Shown: one piece after another, positions 1 to 10,376 of the stretch
Numbering within the stretch: position 1 is the first letter of the stretch
Layout: each line of letters starts with the position of its first letter
NCBI GenBank assembly: GCA_964394335.1
Contig: CAYMVZ010000002.1
Coordinates: forward strand, 1-60,619
Length of the DNA: 60,619 bases
From: an uncultured Nitrospinota bacterium
Lineage (GTDB): Bacteria; Nitrospinota; Nitrospinia; CAJXCL01
Reading direction: 5' to 3'
Translations under genes and position numbers: made by a program
Notes under the pieces: generated by a model
Databases searched by the model: none
Told to the model about the DNA's origin: nothing
What the model saw: the letters and a program-made list of their open reading frames with translations, nothing else

Positions 1-6
1 ATGGAT

Positions 7-726
7 TTAGGTTTTTAATGCCCCGTGCGGAAGCACGGGGTTCTTTACTTTTTTTAGTTCTTCAATAGAGTCCTTCATTTTTTCCAATTTTATTCTTTGA
101 CCCATGAAAAGGAAATAGAGAAAAGTAAAAGCTGTTAAGGAAACCATAAGAGTTATTATCATAGAAGGTTCCAAGCCGGATCCCACTTTTTCCATTGTAA
201 GCATCTTGGGTAGTGGATGAAAAGTCCTCCACCACAAGACGGAAAAGTGAATGATTGGAATATCCAGAAATCCTACAATTCCCAGGACGGCAGCATAGCG
301 GGCTCCTTGTGAGCCGGGACCCGCTTGAGACTTTATCATAAGGTACGCCACATAGATCATCCACAAAATCAACGTGGAAGTTAAGCGAGCATCCCACACC
401 CACCATGCGCCCCATATCGGTTTTGCCCAGATAGGACCTGTAAGTAGAACGAGGGAACAAAAAACAACACCAATCTCAGCTGAAGAGTGGGCAATAATAT
501 CCCACTCTCTTTCTTTTTTCCATAGAAATAATATAGAAGCGATAAAGACAATAAAAAAGGCAAAAAAAGCAATCCAGGCTGAAGGGACATGAAAATACAT
601 GATACGCTGGACAATGCCTTCATGTTTAACTGTTGGCGCATAAAGAAATATACAAAAAAGCGCCGCGCTAACAGCTATAAAGGTTAACCAGCTAAAAATA
701 CTATATGAAGGCTCTTCATTTTTCAT
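7..726 (-). CDS. ccmC: Heme exporter/cytochrome c biogenesis protein CcmC
   Basis: Tryptophan-rich WWD motif (GPIWAKPIWGAWWVWDARLT), conserved His (YFHVP, IIHFS), six TM segments; lies downstream of ccmAB. Confidence 0.95.
   Translation of the reverse strand: MKNEEPSYSIFSWLTFIAVSAALFCIFLYAPTVKHEGIVQRIMYFHVPSAWIAFFAFFIVFIASILFLWKKEREWDIIAHSSAEIGVVFCSLVLLTGPIWAKPIWGAWWVWDARLTSTLILWMIYVAYLMIKSQAGPGSQGARYAAVLGIVGFLDIPIIHFSVLWWRTFHPLPKMLTMEKVGSGLEPSMIITLMVSLTAFTFLYFLFMGQRIKLEKMKDSIEELKKVKNPVLPHGALKT
21..40. repeat. GC-rich palindrome resembling an IS200/IS605-type subterminal hairpin
   Basis: CCCCGTGC-GGAA-GCACGGGG, perfect 8-bp stem, preceded by AATGCCC as at 2449; lies in the last codons of ccmC. 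Confidence 0.5.
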
Positions 727-873
727 TTATTTACCGACGCTTGATATGTTTTCTTTAAGAGATTCTATCTCTTTGCATAGCCTGGCATTTTTGCGTACAA
801 GGTTATAAATATAGGAAAACAGAGCAATCCAGAATATTATATTCGCGGCGAAAAGATAGCCTATGTTATTCAT
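727..873 (-). CDS. ccmD: CcmD-family small membrane protein, 48 aa (not in ORF track)
   Basis: Hand translation MNNIGYLFAANIIFWIALFSYIYNLVRKNARLCKEIESLKENISSVGK: one TM then a charged helix; AAGGA RBS; its TAA directly abuts the ccmC ATG. Confidence 0.8.
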   Translation of the reverse strand: MNNIGYLFAANIIFWIALFSYIYNLVRKNARLCKEIESLKENISSVGK

Positions 874-946
874 AAAAAAATCCTTGAAGAATTATCAGTT
901 AACAATTCTCAATGTTAATTGCCAATTGTTAATTGTTTATCTCTCC

Positions 947-1624
947 CTACTCTTCTATGATGTATTCAAAAACTATAAAAGAAGCGATTAAAAATATAAT
1001 ATCAAATACCATAAGCAGTTTCAACCATGTTGATACTGACTCTAAAGATCTACCGTGCAGTAAAGCCCCGGTAGCTTTTACAGACGCAATGACAACCGGA
1101 ACAATTAACGGGTACAAAAGGATAGGAAGCATAATTTCCCTTGTTTTAAATGAAGCAGACATGGCAGACATCAGGGTTCCAAGAGCTACAAATCCAAGCG
1201 TACCCATAAAGGTGATCAAGCATATTTCTTTTATGAATTGAAATGAAAGATTAAAAAAAACAACAAAGACAGGAAAGAGAAATATTTCCATGATTGTCAT
1301 AAAGATAAAATTGCCAATCATTTTGCCTAAGTAAATAGCGCTTCGATCCACAGGCGTAACCATCATCCCTAACAGACAATCATTTTCCTTTTCATTTAGA
1401 AAAGAACGGTTTAAACCAATTGTCCCAGCAAAGATAAACGCCACCCATAAAATTCCTGGGGCAATATCCAGGTTTTTTACCTTGCTAAGGTCAATTGAGA
1501 AAGTAAAAATTATTAATATCAGAACAGCAAGCAAAAACATTGAGCTAAACATTTCCCTTGTTCTGAATTCAGACAAAATGTCTTTCCAAATAATAGTACT
1601 AATATCTTTAAAGTATTTTTTCAT
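947..1624 (-). CDS. ccmB: Heme exporter permease CcmB
   Basis: IIWKDILSEFR N-terminus, EKENDCLLGM loop, LLPILLYPLIVPV-like segment; follows ccmA. Confidence 0.93.
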   Translation of the reverse strand: MKKYFKDISTIIWKDILSEFRTREMFSSMFLLAVLILIIFTFSIDLSKVKNLDIAPGILWVAFIFAGTIGLNRSFLNEKENDCLLGMMVTPVDRSAIYLGKMIGNFIFMTIMEIFLFPVFVVFFNLSFQFIKEICLITFMGTLGFVALGTLMSAMSASFKTREIMLPILLYPLIVPVVIASVKATGALLHGRSLESVSTWLKLLMVFDIIFLIASFIVFEYIIEE

Positions 1625-1628
1625 AAAT

Positions 1629-2348
1629 CTATTTCCGCTTTTCTACACAACCAAAGTAGATTTGTTCAAACTCTTCCGAAATGATCTCAGGTACGGGTTT
1701 TTGAAAAACTATTTTTCCGAAAGCCATAATAATAACTTGATCGCTAACTTCTAAACCCTGTTTTAAATTGTGAGTGGTCATAATTATTGTGTTTTGAGCT
1801 GTATGTAATTTTTTAAGTATGCCTGTTAAAATCTTTGTAGCATGTTGATCAAGGCCTGTATAAGGTTCGTCCAGAAAAATAATAGACGGTTTATTCAACA
1901 TGGCTCTTGCAATAGCAAGCCGTTGCTGCATACCTCTTGAAAAGGTACGCACCGGATCCCTGCGCCTTTGAAACAAGTCCACTTCATTTAATAATTCTTC
2001 GATACGGGTATCCAGGTTGGATAAACCATGCAGTTTTCCATAAAACTTGAGGTTTTCATAAGGAGTGAGATTATTATAAGAAAACGTATTGTGGGAAATT
2101 AACCCGATTTTGCTTCGAATAGCATCTCCGCTTTTAGATATATCATTTCCATATATAATTGCTTTTCCAGAGGAAGGATAAATCAAATTGGAGAGGATTT
2201 TGATTAGTGTAGTTTTACCAGCTCCGTTAGGTCCAAAAATCGTGAGAAAATCGCCCACTGGTACTTTTAAACTTATTCCATTCAGTGCGTCGATATGGCC
2301 AAATGAACGTTTCAGATTTTCTGTTTCTATCGCCCATTTGTTCTCCAT
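1629..2348 (-). CDS. ccmA: Heme exporter ABC ATPase CcmA
   Basis: Walker A GPNGAGKTT, signature FSRGMQQR, Walker B IFLDEP; adjacent to ccmB. Confidence 0.88.
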   Translation of the reverse strand: MENKWAIETENLKRSFGHIDALNGISLKVPVGDFLTIFGPNGAGKTTLIKILSNLIYPSSGKAIIYGNDISKSGDAIRSKIGLISHNTFSYNNLTPYENLKFYGKLHGLSNLDTRIEELLNEVDLFQRRRDPVRTFSRGMQQRLAIARAMLNKPSIIFLDEPYTGLDQHATKILTGILKKLHTAQNTIIMTTHNLKQGLEVSDQVIIMAFGKIVFQKPVPEIISEEFEQIYFGCVEKRK

Positions 2349-2448
2349 TGTACAACCATTTTAAAAAGTGATTATAAGAAGCAATTGATTAAAGCACACA
2401 GGAATTAGAGCAAGTGCGAAAATTTCAAAACATTTGTTTTGTAATGTA

Positions 2449-2555
2449 AATGCCCAGGGGCAAGCCCGTGGTACGAATTTTCCCGATCTTCGCTTGGCGC
2501 CCTTTTGGCGATTTTACATTCACCCACGCCTAAAGGCTTGGAACACTGTCCTTCG
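2449..2555. mobile_element. Possible non-autonomous IS200/IS605-like miniature remnant (two hairpin ends, no transposase)
   Basis: Left imperfect palindrome CCAGGGGCAAGCCCGTGG (2454-2471); right ATTCAC-CCACGCC-TAAA-GGCTTGG (2518-2541). Confidence 0.4.
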
Positions 2556-2560
2556 GGTTA

Positions 2561-2640
2561 ATTAGAATTTGTTTATATTTGAGAGTTGAGGTTTAGAATT
2601 TATATGTTATTTGGAGCTTGTCATTTGAGATTTATCTCTA
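2561..2640. repeat. Degenerate short-period T-rich repeats (TTAGAATTT / TTTGAGA-like)
   Basis: TTAGAATTT occurs twice and TTTGAGA twice within ~75 nt just past the secF stop. Confidence 0.35.
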
Positions 2641-2655
2641 TTTTTTACTGCGCCA

Positions 2656-3558
2656 CTATCGCTTGCTCTGTCTTTGTTTTTCCCATACAAGCAATACAGG
2701 ACTGGCAATGAATATGGATGAATATGTGCCCACAAAAACACCAATCATAAGAGCAAACGAAAAATCATGGATAACCTCTCCCCCCAAGAAGAATAATGCC
2801 AAAACCACAATAAGCGTCGTCAATGAAGTCAATATTGTTCTGCTTAAGGTCTGATTTATACTAAAATTGATAATATGTTCGAAGTTTTTCTTTCTTATCT
2901 TTCTCAGGTTTTCTCTAATTCTGTCAAATACCACTATTGTATCGTTTAAAGAATATCCAATGATTGTTAAAAAAGCAGCTACAATGGGAAGGGAAAATTC
3001 CTTATCAAATAACAAAAAAAATGTGGTAGTAACCAGGATGTCATGAATAAGCGCGATAATGGCAGCAACGGCAAAGCGAAACTCAAAACGCCAGGATATG
3101 TAAATAATAATCCCGATCAAAGCATAAAAAATGGACAAAATAGCCTGCTCTCTTAAATCACGACCGACTTTTGGGCCTACCATTTCCACACGAACGACCT
3201 CGAAACTGTCCTGAGCAAAATCTTTTTCAAGCTGATTTTTAACAGTTACATTCAAGTCTTCCAAAGCTTCCGAAAACCGCTCTGTATTGATCAGAATATC
3301 TTTATCGGATCCAAATTGCTGAATGCTGCTGCTTCCCATACCTAATTGATGGAATGATGATCGAATTTTATCAATAGAGACTTTTTCTTTAAACTGAAGC
3401 TGGATTAAAGTGCCACCGGAAAAATCAATGCCAAGGTTCAAACCACCTTTAACGATAAACAAAACAATACCGATTGTTATAAAAAAAAGAGATAAAAACA
3501 TAGCCCCCCTTTTTTTACCAATAAAATCAATCGAGATGTCACTTTTTAAAATTTCCAT
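2656..3558 (-). CDS. secF: Protein translocase subunit SecF
   Basis: LNLGIDFSGGT, VGPKVG, IGYSLNDTIVVFDRIRE and TLSRT motifs. Confidence 0.96.
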   Translation of the reverse strand: MEILKSDISIDFIGKKRGAMFLSLFFITIGIVLFIVKGGLNLGIDFSGGTLIQLQFKEKVSIDKIRSSFHQLGMGSSSIQQFGSDKDILINTERFSEALEDLNVTVKNQLEKDFAQDSFEVVRVEMVGPKVGRDLREQAILSIFYALIGIIIYISWRFEFRFAVAAIIALIHDILVTTTFFLLFDKEFSLPIVAAFLTIIGYSLNDTIVVFDRIRENLRKIRKKNFEHIINFSINQTLSRTILTSLTTLIVVLALFFLGGEVIHDFSFALMIGVFVGTYSSIFIASPVLLVWEKQRQSKR

Positions 3559-3728
3559 GTTGTATTCATTTGAATTTATTTGTTATACACATTCAGAATA
3601 GGAGGGTTAATATACCAGAAAATGTGTGGAGGTTAAAGAAAATATTATGAGATGGGGGCTCTCTTTATCCTGAACAACGCAATGAAGGGAAAAGCAAAAA
3701 TGCGCTCTTACAGAAATTGTTATAGTAA

Positions 3729-4295
3729 TTAATGCTTTCGAAGCATTTCTGTGGCAAAATCACTACGGGCAATACTTTGTGAGGCTGAAGCAATTATTTC
3801 GCCTGTCTTTATGTTGATAGAATTTACGTTGAGGTCCAGATTTGTACCAATGTCAATTATCCTGCCAGCAATTATGGCTTCAATCTCAAGAGCTTCTCCC
3901 AGTTCTTTTAAGGCAGAAACTTCAAAATTATTGAATTCAATATCGAACCTGTTCATTGCATCCAGCAAATCTCTTCTTGGAGTTAGCCTGAAATATTTAT
4001 TTTTAGAAATTTCATTTGCTATTTTCAAACTGATGTACCGACCTAAGTCAGAGACTTTGCCTGTACGATCTACTAAATCCAAAACTGCAATTTTATTGAT
4101 TACAAAATCTGAACTTTCTTCATCTATTTCTATTTGGTCTATCAACTGATTTACTAAAAGGTGGGTCTTTTTTTCGTAGTAGCGTGTATTTGTTTTTGAA
4201 TCGAATATTCTTTTTAAACTATGAGAAAACGAGGGAAAAGTGCCGCAGCCTGATAACAATAGAACAGATATCCACAAAATAAATATTTTTTTCAT
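3729..4295 (-). CDS. Lipoprotein with FlgO/CsgG-like fold
   Basis: Lipobox LSGC; KIAVLDLVD...LGRYISLKIANEI...AIIAGRI...LNVNSINIKTGEIIASAS pattern. Confidence 0.6.
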   Translation of the reverse strand: MKKIFILWISVLLLSGCGTFPSFSHSLKRIFDSKTNTRYYEKKTHLLVNQLIDQIEIDEESSDFVINKIAVLDLVDRTGKVSDLGRYISLKIANEISKNKYFRLTPRRDLLDAMNRFDIEFNNFEVSALKELGEALEIEAIIAGRIIDIGTNLDLNVNSINIKTGEIIASASQSIARSDFATEMLRKH

Positions 4296-4371
4296 TTTTA
4301 CATTGCCTTAAAATGCTTAGCGAGCGTTAGCGAGCTAACATACATAAAAATCATTCTCTACATTTAAAGAT

Positions 4372-4394
4372 TTCCTGCGGTCTTACTGCAGGAA
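4372..4394. terminator. Hairpin just past the lon stop (possible terminator)
   Basis: TTCCTGC...GCAGGAA 7-bp stem; U-tract is weak. Confidence 0.35.
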
Positions 4395-4397
4395 GCT

Positions 4398-6833
4398 TCA
4401 ATTTAAAGGCACATTTTTGGGGATTTGTTTGTCAGCAATTTCAGCAATTGGAGTTTTTTCAGCAGGGAGTTTTTCTTTATGTTTTACAACAGTTTTAAAG
4501 GGATTCCTTACCAGAGCTGCTTTTAGTACTTCGTCCATATTTTGTACTAAAGTTATTTTAAGAGCCTTTTTTATTTTTACTGGAATTTCTTCGAGGTCTT
4601 TTTTATTTTCCATTGGAATAATAACATTAGATATTTTACCCCTGTGTGCCGCAAGTAACTTCTCTTTTAACCCACCAATGGGGAGGACTCTGCCCTGTAA
4701 AGTTATCTCTCCGGTCATAGCTAAATCATTTTTTACCGGAATCATGGTTAAGGCAGAAACTATGGCTGTTGCCATGGTAATGCCGGCAGAGGGTCCATCT
4801 TTTGGGATAGCTCCTTCCGGGATATGAATATGTATATCATTTTTTTGATAAAAACTTTTGGGGAGATTAAGTTCCTTGGCTTTAGAGCGGACATAGCTCA
4901 ATGCTGCCTGTGCAGATTCCTGCATGACATCTCCCAGCTTTCCTGTAAAAGTGGGCTTCCCTTTCCCTGCAACTATGAGAACTTCAGTGATCAGCAACTC
5001 TCCTCCCACCTCGGTCCACGCTAAACCTGTGGCCAGGCCGATTTTATTTGTTTTTTCTTTTTTTCCATATCGAAATTTTTGAACTCCTAAAAAGCTTTCC
5101 AATTTTTTTGAGTTGACGATTGATTTGATTGATTCCCCTTTTGTAGCCACTTTTTTTGCTATTTTACGGCATATTGTTGCTATCTCCCGTTCAAGGTTTC
5201 TGACTCCTGCTTCTTTGGTATAATGTTGAATGATTTTTCTTATAGCATTTCTTAAAAATTTGATATTCTTATCTTTAAGACCATGCTCTGGTATTTTTTT
5301 TGGGATCAGAAACTGTTCTGCTATCTTTGTTTTTTCGTCTTCTGTATATCCGGAAATTTTCAATACTTCCATCCTATCCTGTAATGGTTGCGGAATGGGA
5401 TGAAGGAGATTTGCAGTTGTAATGAACAAGACTTCAGACAGGTCATAATCTACTTCAAGATAATGATCGTTAAAATTGCAGTTTTGTTCCGGGTCAAGAA
5501 CCTCAAGCAATGCGGAAGATGGGTCGCCTCTAAAGTCGGTACTCATTTTATCTACTTCATCCAGCATAAAAACCGGATTTTTAGTTCCTGCTTTTTTCAT
5601 CGACTGGATAATTTTTCCAGGCAAGGCGCCAATATAAGTTCTTCTATGCCCCCTGATTTCTGCCTCATCTCTAACACCTCCTAAAGAAACCCTTACGAAT
5701 TTCCGTCCAAGTGCGTGAGCAATAGACTTGCCTAAAGAGGTCTTTCCCACTCCAGGTGGCCCAACAAAACAAAGTATGGGGCCCTTCATTTTGTCTACCA
5801 ATTTTCTGACTGAAAGGTATTCCAATATCCGTTCTTTGATTTTCTGCAAACCATAATGGTCTTCATCGAGTATTTTTGATGCCTGGCTAATATCAATTTT
5901 ATCTCCTGTTCCTGGTTTCCAGGGGATATCGATCAACCAGTCAACATAATTTCTAACTACAGTTCCCTCCGCAGACATGGGCGGCATTAATTCTAACCTT
6001 TTCAGTTCTTTTTGGGCTTTTTCATATACCTCTTTTGGCATTCCTGCTTTTTTTATTTTGTCAGTAAGCTCCTGGATTTCTGATTTTTCATCACCTTTTC
6101 CCAATTCTTTCTGGAGGGCTCTGATTTGCTCAGATAGGTAGTATTCTTTCTGGCTTTTTTCCATTTGCCGTTTGACTCTGTTTCTGACTTTCTTTTCAAT
6201 TCTTAAAATTTCAAGCTCATTGAGCATAAAATCAATGAGTTTATCCAACCGGTCCTTTGGGTTTATCGTTTCTAATAGCTCTTGCTTTTCAGATGTTTTC
6301 AAATCTAATTGTGCTGCTAAAGTATCTGAAAAAATATCAGGTTCAGAAACAGTATTTAGAGTTTTTACTACTTCTAAAGGAACACGTTGATTAAGTTTTG
6401 AATATTGCTCAAAAATCGAATTTGCGCTACGCATCAGCGCGGCAGCTTGAACAGAATTTTCTCGCTCGGTTTCCAGCGGAATTGCGGTTACTTCAAAGAA
6501 TGCAGAATTTTCAAGAAATGACTCAATCTTTGCTCGCTGGATTCCCTCAATTAAAACTTTTACAGTCCCATCTGATTGCTTTAGAATCTGAAGAATATTG
6601 GCGGTTGTGCCGATCTCATGAATTTCTTCAGGGAGCGGATCATTTTTTTTGGCCTTTTTTTGAGCTGCGAGGAGTATTTTCCTATCAACAGCCATGGCGT
6701 GATCCAACGCCTTTATAGAGCATTCCCTCCCGACAAAAAGGGGAATAATCATATGAGGAAATACAACAATATCTCTAAGGGGTAGGAGAGGGAGAGTCAT
6801 TTCTTTAGTTTTTTTTTGTTCTTTTTTTTTCAT
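4398..6833 (-). CDS. lon: ATP-dependent protease La
   Basis: [11 protein letters not shown]-domain, Walker A GPPGVGKT, catalytic KDGPSAG Ser and downstream GGLKEK Lys. Confidence 0.98.
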   Translation of the reverse strand: MKKKEQKKTKEMTLPLLPLRDIVVFPHMIIPLFVGRECSIKALDHAMAVDRKILLAAQKKAKKNDPLPEEIHEIGTTANILQILKQSDGTVKVLIEGIQRAKIESFLENSAFFEVTAIPLETERENSVQAAALMRSANSIFEQYSKLNQRVPLEVVKTLNTVSEPDIFSDTLAAQLDLKTSEKQELLETINPKDRLDKLIDFMLNELEILRIEKKVRNRVKRQMEKSQKEYYLSEQIRALQKELGKGDEKSEIQELTDKIKKAGMPKEVYEKAQKELKRLELMPPMSAEGTVVRNYVDWLIDIPWKPGTGDKIDISQASKILDEDHYGLQKIKERILEYLSVRKLVDKMKGPILCFVGPPGVGKTSLGKSIAHALGRKFVRVSLGGVRDEAEIRGHRRTYIGALPGKIIQSMKKAGTKNPVFMLDEVDKMSTDFRGDPSSALLEVLDPEQNCNFNDHYLEVDYDLSEVLFITTANLLHPIPQPLQDRMEVLKISGYTEDEKTKIAEQFLIPKKIPEHGLKDKNIKFLRNAIRKIIQHYTKEAGVRNLEREIATICRKIAKKVATKGESIKSIVNSKKLESFLGVQKFRYGKKEKTNKIGLATGLAWTEVGGELLITEVLIVAGKGKPTFTGKLGDVMQESAQAALSYVRSKAKELNLPKSFYQKNDIHIHIPEGAIPKDGPSAGITMATAIVSALTMIPVKNDLAMTGEITLQGRVLPIGGLKEKLLAAHRGKISNVIIPMENKKDLEEIPVKIKKALKITLVQNMDEVLKAALVRNPFKTVVKHKEKLPAEKTPIAEIADKQIPKNVPLN

Positions 6834-6846
6834 AGTTTTTTATGCG

Positions 6847-8109
6847 TTAAGCGGTTTTAACTTCTTTTTTTTCATACAATAACATAGGGGATTCTTTTTT
6901 CGTAACAACTTTTTCATTAACCACACATTCTATAATTTCAGGTTGTGATGGAATTTCATACATGATATCCAGCATAATTTCTTCCATAATTGATCGCAAC
7001 CCTCGAGCACCTGTTTTTCTTTTTATGGCCATTTTAGCAATAGCTTTTAAAGCATCTTCGGTAAATTTAAGTTTCACATTATCTAAATCGAAGAATTTTT
7101 GATATTGTTTTACCAAAGCATTTTTTGGTTTAGTTAAAATATCAAACAAAGCCTTTTGATCAAGGTCATCAAGAGAGGAAACCACCGGTAATCGCCCAAT
7201 AAATTCCGGGATAAGCCCATATTTTAAAAGGTCTTCAGGGGAAACATCGGGTAATATTTCACCAATATTCTTTTCTTCTCTGGTTTTAATTATAGCGCCG
7301 AAACCAACACTCCTTTTACCAATACGATTCTCTATAATCTTATCCAACCCTACAAAAGCTCCTCCACATATAAAAAGAATATTAGTTGTATCAACCTGTA
7401 GAAAATCCTGATGTGGGTGTTTTCTGCCCCCCTGTGGAGGAACAGAGGCTATAGTACCTTCTATAATTTTTAAAAGTGCGTGTTGTACTCCTTCACCAGA
7501 TACATCTCTTGTGATAGAAGGGTTCTCAGATTTTCGACTAATTTTATCGATTTCATCAATATAAATTATTCCCCGTTCCGCTTTTTCTACATTGTAGTCA
7601 GAATTCTGGAGGAGCTTCAGGATGATATTTTCCACATCTTCACCAACATACCCGGCTTCGGTTAAGGTGGTTGCGTCTACAATTGTGAATGGAACGTCCA
7701 GTATTCTTGACAGGGTTTGTGCTAAAAATGTTTTGCCCGAACCCGTAGGTCCAACAAGCAGAATATTGCTTTTATGGAGTTCTATGTCATCAGTATCTAA
7801 CGGAGCATCAATTCTTTTATAATGATTATGAACTGCTACTGAAAGGACTCTTTTGGAAGATTCCTGACCAATGACATACTGATCTAAAATTTTTTTGATC
7901 TCTTTAGGTTTCGGCAGACGTTGAAGCTCGGCGCTTTTTTCCTGAGTCCACTCCTCCACCATGATTTCATTACATAACTCAATACATTCGTCACAGATAT
8001 ATACGGTTGGTCCTGCAATTAGCTTTCTTACTTCTTCAGGACCCTTTCCACAAAAAGAACACCTCAACGATCCATCAGAGCCAGAACCAGAGCTACATTT
8101 TCTAATCAT
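6847..8109 (-). CDS. clpX: ClpX ATPase
   Basis: Zn finger [20 protein letters not shown] pore loop, VGF loop, GARGLR. Confidence 0.98.
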   Translation of the reverse strand: MIRKCSSGSGSDGSLRCSFCGKGPEEVRKLIAGPTVYICDECIELCNEIMVEEWTQEKSAELQRLPKPKEIKKILDQYVIGQESSKRVLSVAVHNHYKRIDAPLDTDDIELHKSNILLVGPTGSGKTFLAQTLSRILDVPFTIVDATTLTEAGYVGEDVENIILKLLQNSDYNVEKAERGIIYIDEIDKISRKSENPSITRDVSGEGVQHALLKIIEGTIASVPPQGGRKHPHQDFLQVDTTNILFICGGAFVGLDKIIENRIGKRSVGFGAIIKTREEKNIGEILPDVSPEDLLKYGLIPEFIGRLPVVSSLDDLDQKALFDILTKPKNALVKQYQKFFDLDNVKLKFTEDALKAIAKMAIKRKTGARGLRSIMEEIMLDIMYEIPSQPEIIECVVNEKVVTKKESPMLLYEKKEVKTA

Positions 8110-8729
8110 TTTTTTACCTCCTTGCTGCTTGATGTTTTGGACATAGCATCTCTCGAAGAGATAACTTCATCCACAATTCCGTATTTTTTGGCATCCTCTC
8201 CAGACATAAAAAAATCTCTATCCGTATCAGCTCTAACTTTTTCCAAAGGTTTTCCCGTATGTTTAGATAATATTTTATCAAGAGTATCACGCATTCTTAG
8301 AATTTCCTTGGCATGGATGTCTATATCAGCGCTTTGACCCTGAAAGCCTCCGGAAGGTTGATGAATCATAATTCGCGAGTTAGTTAGCGCAAATCGCTTC
8401 CCTTTTGTCCCGGCTGCAAGCAATAAAGCTCCCATGCTGGATGCTTGACCTATACATATAGTCTGAATATCCGGTTTGACATATAACATTGTGTCATAAA
8501 CAGCCATTCCGGACGTTACAATGCCACCCGGAGAGTTTATATAAATATAAATATCCTGTCCCGGTTCTTCGGCTTCCAAAAATAATAATTGGGCAATTAT
8601 TAAATTTGCTATATGGTCATCGACCGCGGATCCAAGAAAAATAATCCGGTCTTTCAGCAGTCTGGAATAAATATCATAGGCACGTTCGCCACGACTTGTT
8701 TGCTCAACAACCATTGGTATTAAAGTCAT
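8106..8729 (-). CDS. clpP: ClpP protease
   Basis: [14 protein letters not shown], catalytic Ser in QASSMG, MIHQP. Confidence 0.98.
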   Translation of the reverse strand: MTLIPMVVEQTSRGERAYDIYSRLLKDRIIFLGSAVDDHIANLIIAQLLFLEAEEPGQDIYIYINSPGGIVTSGMAVYDTMLYVKPDIQTICIGQASSMGALLLAAGTKGKRFALTNSRIMIHQPSGGFQGQSADIDIHAKEILRMRDTLDKILSKHTGKPLEKVRADTDRDFFMSGEDAKKYGIVDEVISSRDAMSKTSSSKEVKK

Positions 8730-8766
8730 TGTCTAATTTTCCCCCTTAAAAATAATTTTAGCTTGA

Positions 8767-10071
8767 TTATGACGCAGTATCAAGTTCATTCCTATCAACT
8801 TCAACTTCCTTTATTGTTAGTTTGGACAGTATAAAATCCATGGTTTTTTTTCTTTTAAGTTCATTCAAAAAGTTATTGTATGAATCATCCTTTTGCATGG
8901 AGACTCTTAACTTTTCTTTTGCCATTTTTTTCTCGGCCGCAAATTTTTCCAATTCACTGTCAATTTGATTTTGATCAATTTCAATTTTTTCACTTTCTGA
9001 AATTTTTTGTCGAATCAACTCCCCCTTGATAACTCTCACTGCATCCTCACTAAAATTCTCTCTGTCAATTTTCATACTGTCATCTTTCATTCCTCGAAGC
9101 CGCATTTTATTTTTAAAATCTTCAACCATGAAATTGATCTGATCTTCAATAAGAATTTGAGGGATTTCAAGAGGATTCATTTCAATTAATTTATTTATAA
9201 CATCCAGATAGAGAGCAGTCTCAGACATCGCTTTTCCTCTTTTCTCCTGATGCTGCCGAACTTCCTCCCTTAACTCCGCTACAGTCTTCTCTTTTCCCAT
9301 CTCATCTTTTATAAACTGATCGGTAATTTCAGGAAGTTTCTTGATTTTAATTTCGTTGACCCTGACTTTAAAAAGCACCTCTTTATCGGCTAGATCTTTG
9401 TTGGGATGGCTGGCTGGGTAAGTTACTGTAAACTCCTTTTCCTCATTTTTATTCAAACCGATAAAGCCTTTTTCAAAATCCTCTAATAAATTGTTTGCCC
9501 CTATTATAAGGGGATAATTTTTTGTTTCTTCCTTCTGGGTAGCGGAACCATCGACAAAACCTTTGAAATCAACGACAACAAGATCACCTTCCTTCGCTGG
9601 GCGGTTGGTTATCTCTTCAAAAGCAGCATATCGATCCTTTATATATTCAAACTCTTTATCTATATCTTCATCAGTAATTTTTGCGATCTTTTTTGTAAAT
9701 TCCAATCCTTCATATTTTTTTATTTCAAAAGGAGGAATAATTTCTATGGTAGCCGAAAAAGTTATCGGTGAATTTTCTTCATGTTTAATATTTTCAAGCT
9801 TTGGAGAACCGACCGGTTTCAGATCTTTTTCTTCCACAGCTTTATAGTATGATTCCGGAATAATCTTATTAAGCACATCACCTTTAACACGATCGTGGTA
9901 TAATTTTTTAAGGTAGCTTTTTGGTATTTTCCCTTTTCTAAAACCGGGAACTTTCACTTTTTTACCAAGTTCACGGTAAGCATCTTCCTCTTCCTGCGAA
10001 AATATTTCCAAAGGAATTTCTATCTTCAACTGCTTCGTGCAGGGGCCAATTTCCTTAATATCGATTTTCAT
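8767..10071 (-). CDS. tig: Trigger factor (start moved to ATG 10071)
   Basis: GFRKGK ribosome-binding signature and FKBP domain; the ORF-track N-terminal extension overlaps the tRNA. Confidence 0.95.
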   Translation of the reverse strand: MKIDIKEIGPCTKQLKIEIPLEIFSQEEEDAYRELGKKVKVPGFRKGKIPKSYLKKLYHDRVKGDVLNKIIPESYYKAVEEKDLKPVGSPKLENIKHEENSPITFSATIEIIPPFEIKKYEGLEFTKKIAKITDEDIDKEFEYIKDRYAAFEEITNRPAKEGDLVVVDFKGFVDGSATQKEETKNYPLIIGANNLLEDFEKGFIGLNKNEEKEFTVTYPASHPNKDLADKEVLFKVRVNEIKIKKLPEITDQFIKDEMGKEKTVAELREEVRQHQEKRGKAMSETALYLDVINKLIEMNPLEIPQILIEDQINFMVEDFKNKMRLRGMKDDSMKIDRENFSEDAVRVIKGELIRQKISESEKIEIDQNQIDSELEKFAAEKKMAKEKLRVSMQKDDSYNNFLNELKRKKTMDFILSKLTIKEVEVDRNELDTAS

Positions 10072-10094
10072 TGTGTCTCTTAAAAAAATTTCAC

Positions 10095-10176
<82 letters not shown>

Positions 10177-10259
10177 CGTAGGGGTCTTTTAGTAAATATT
10201 TTGTTTAAAATGATTTCTCAAGATCAATTGTCAGTTGCGTACTTTAAAAGTTAATTTTA

Positions 10260-10288
10260 CTTTTATCATTTTTATATTACATTGTCAA
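10260..10288 (-). promoter_or_regulatory. Putative sigma70 promoter for tRNA-Leu/tig
   Basis: TTGACA-N17-TAAAAG on the minus strand. Confidence 0.45.
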
Positions 10289-10309
10289 TTGACCGAATTT
10301 ATCGACCTC

Positions 10310-10338
10310 TTGCAATTTCTTCATAGAATTGATAAATT
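10310..10338 (+). promoter_or_regulatory. Putative sigma70 promoter for 10377
   Basis: TTGCAA-N17-TAAATT. Confidence 0.4.
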
Positions 10339-10376
10339 AAAATTTTATTTCATTTGAAAATATTTATTGGATAGAA

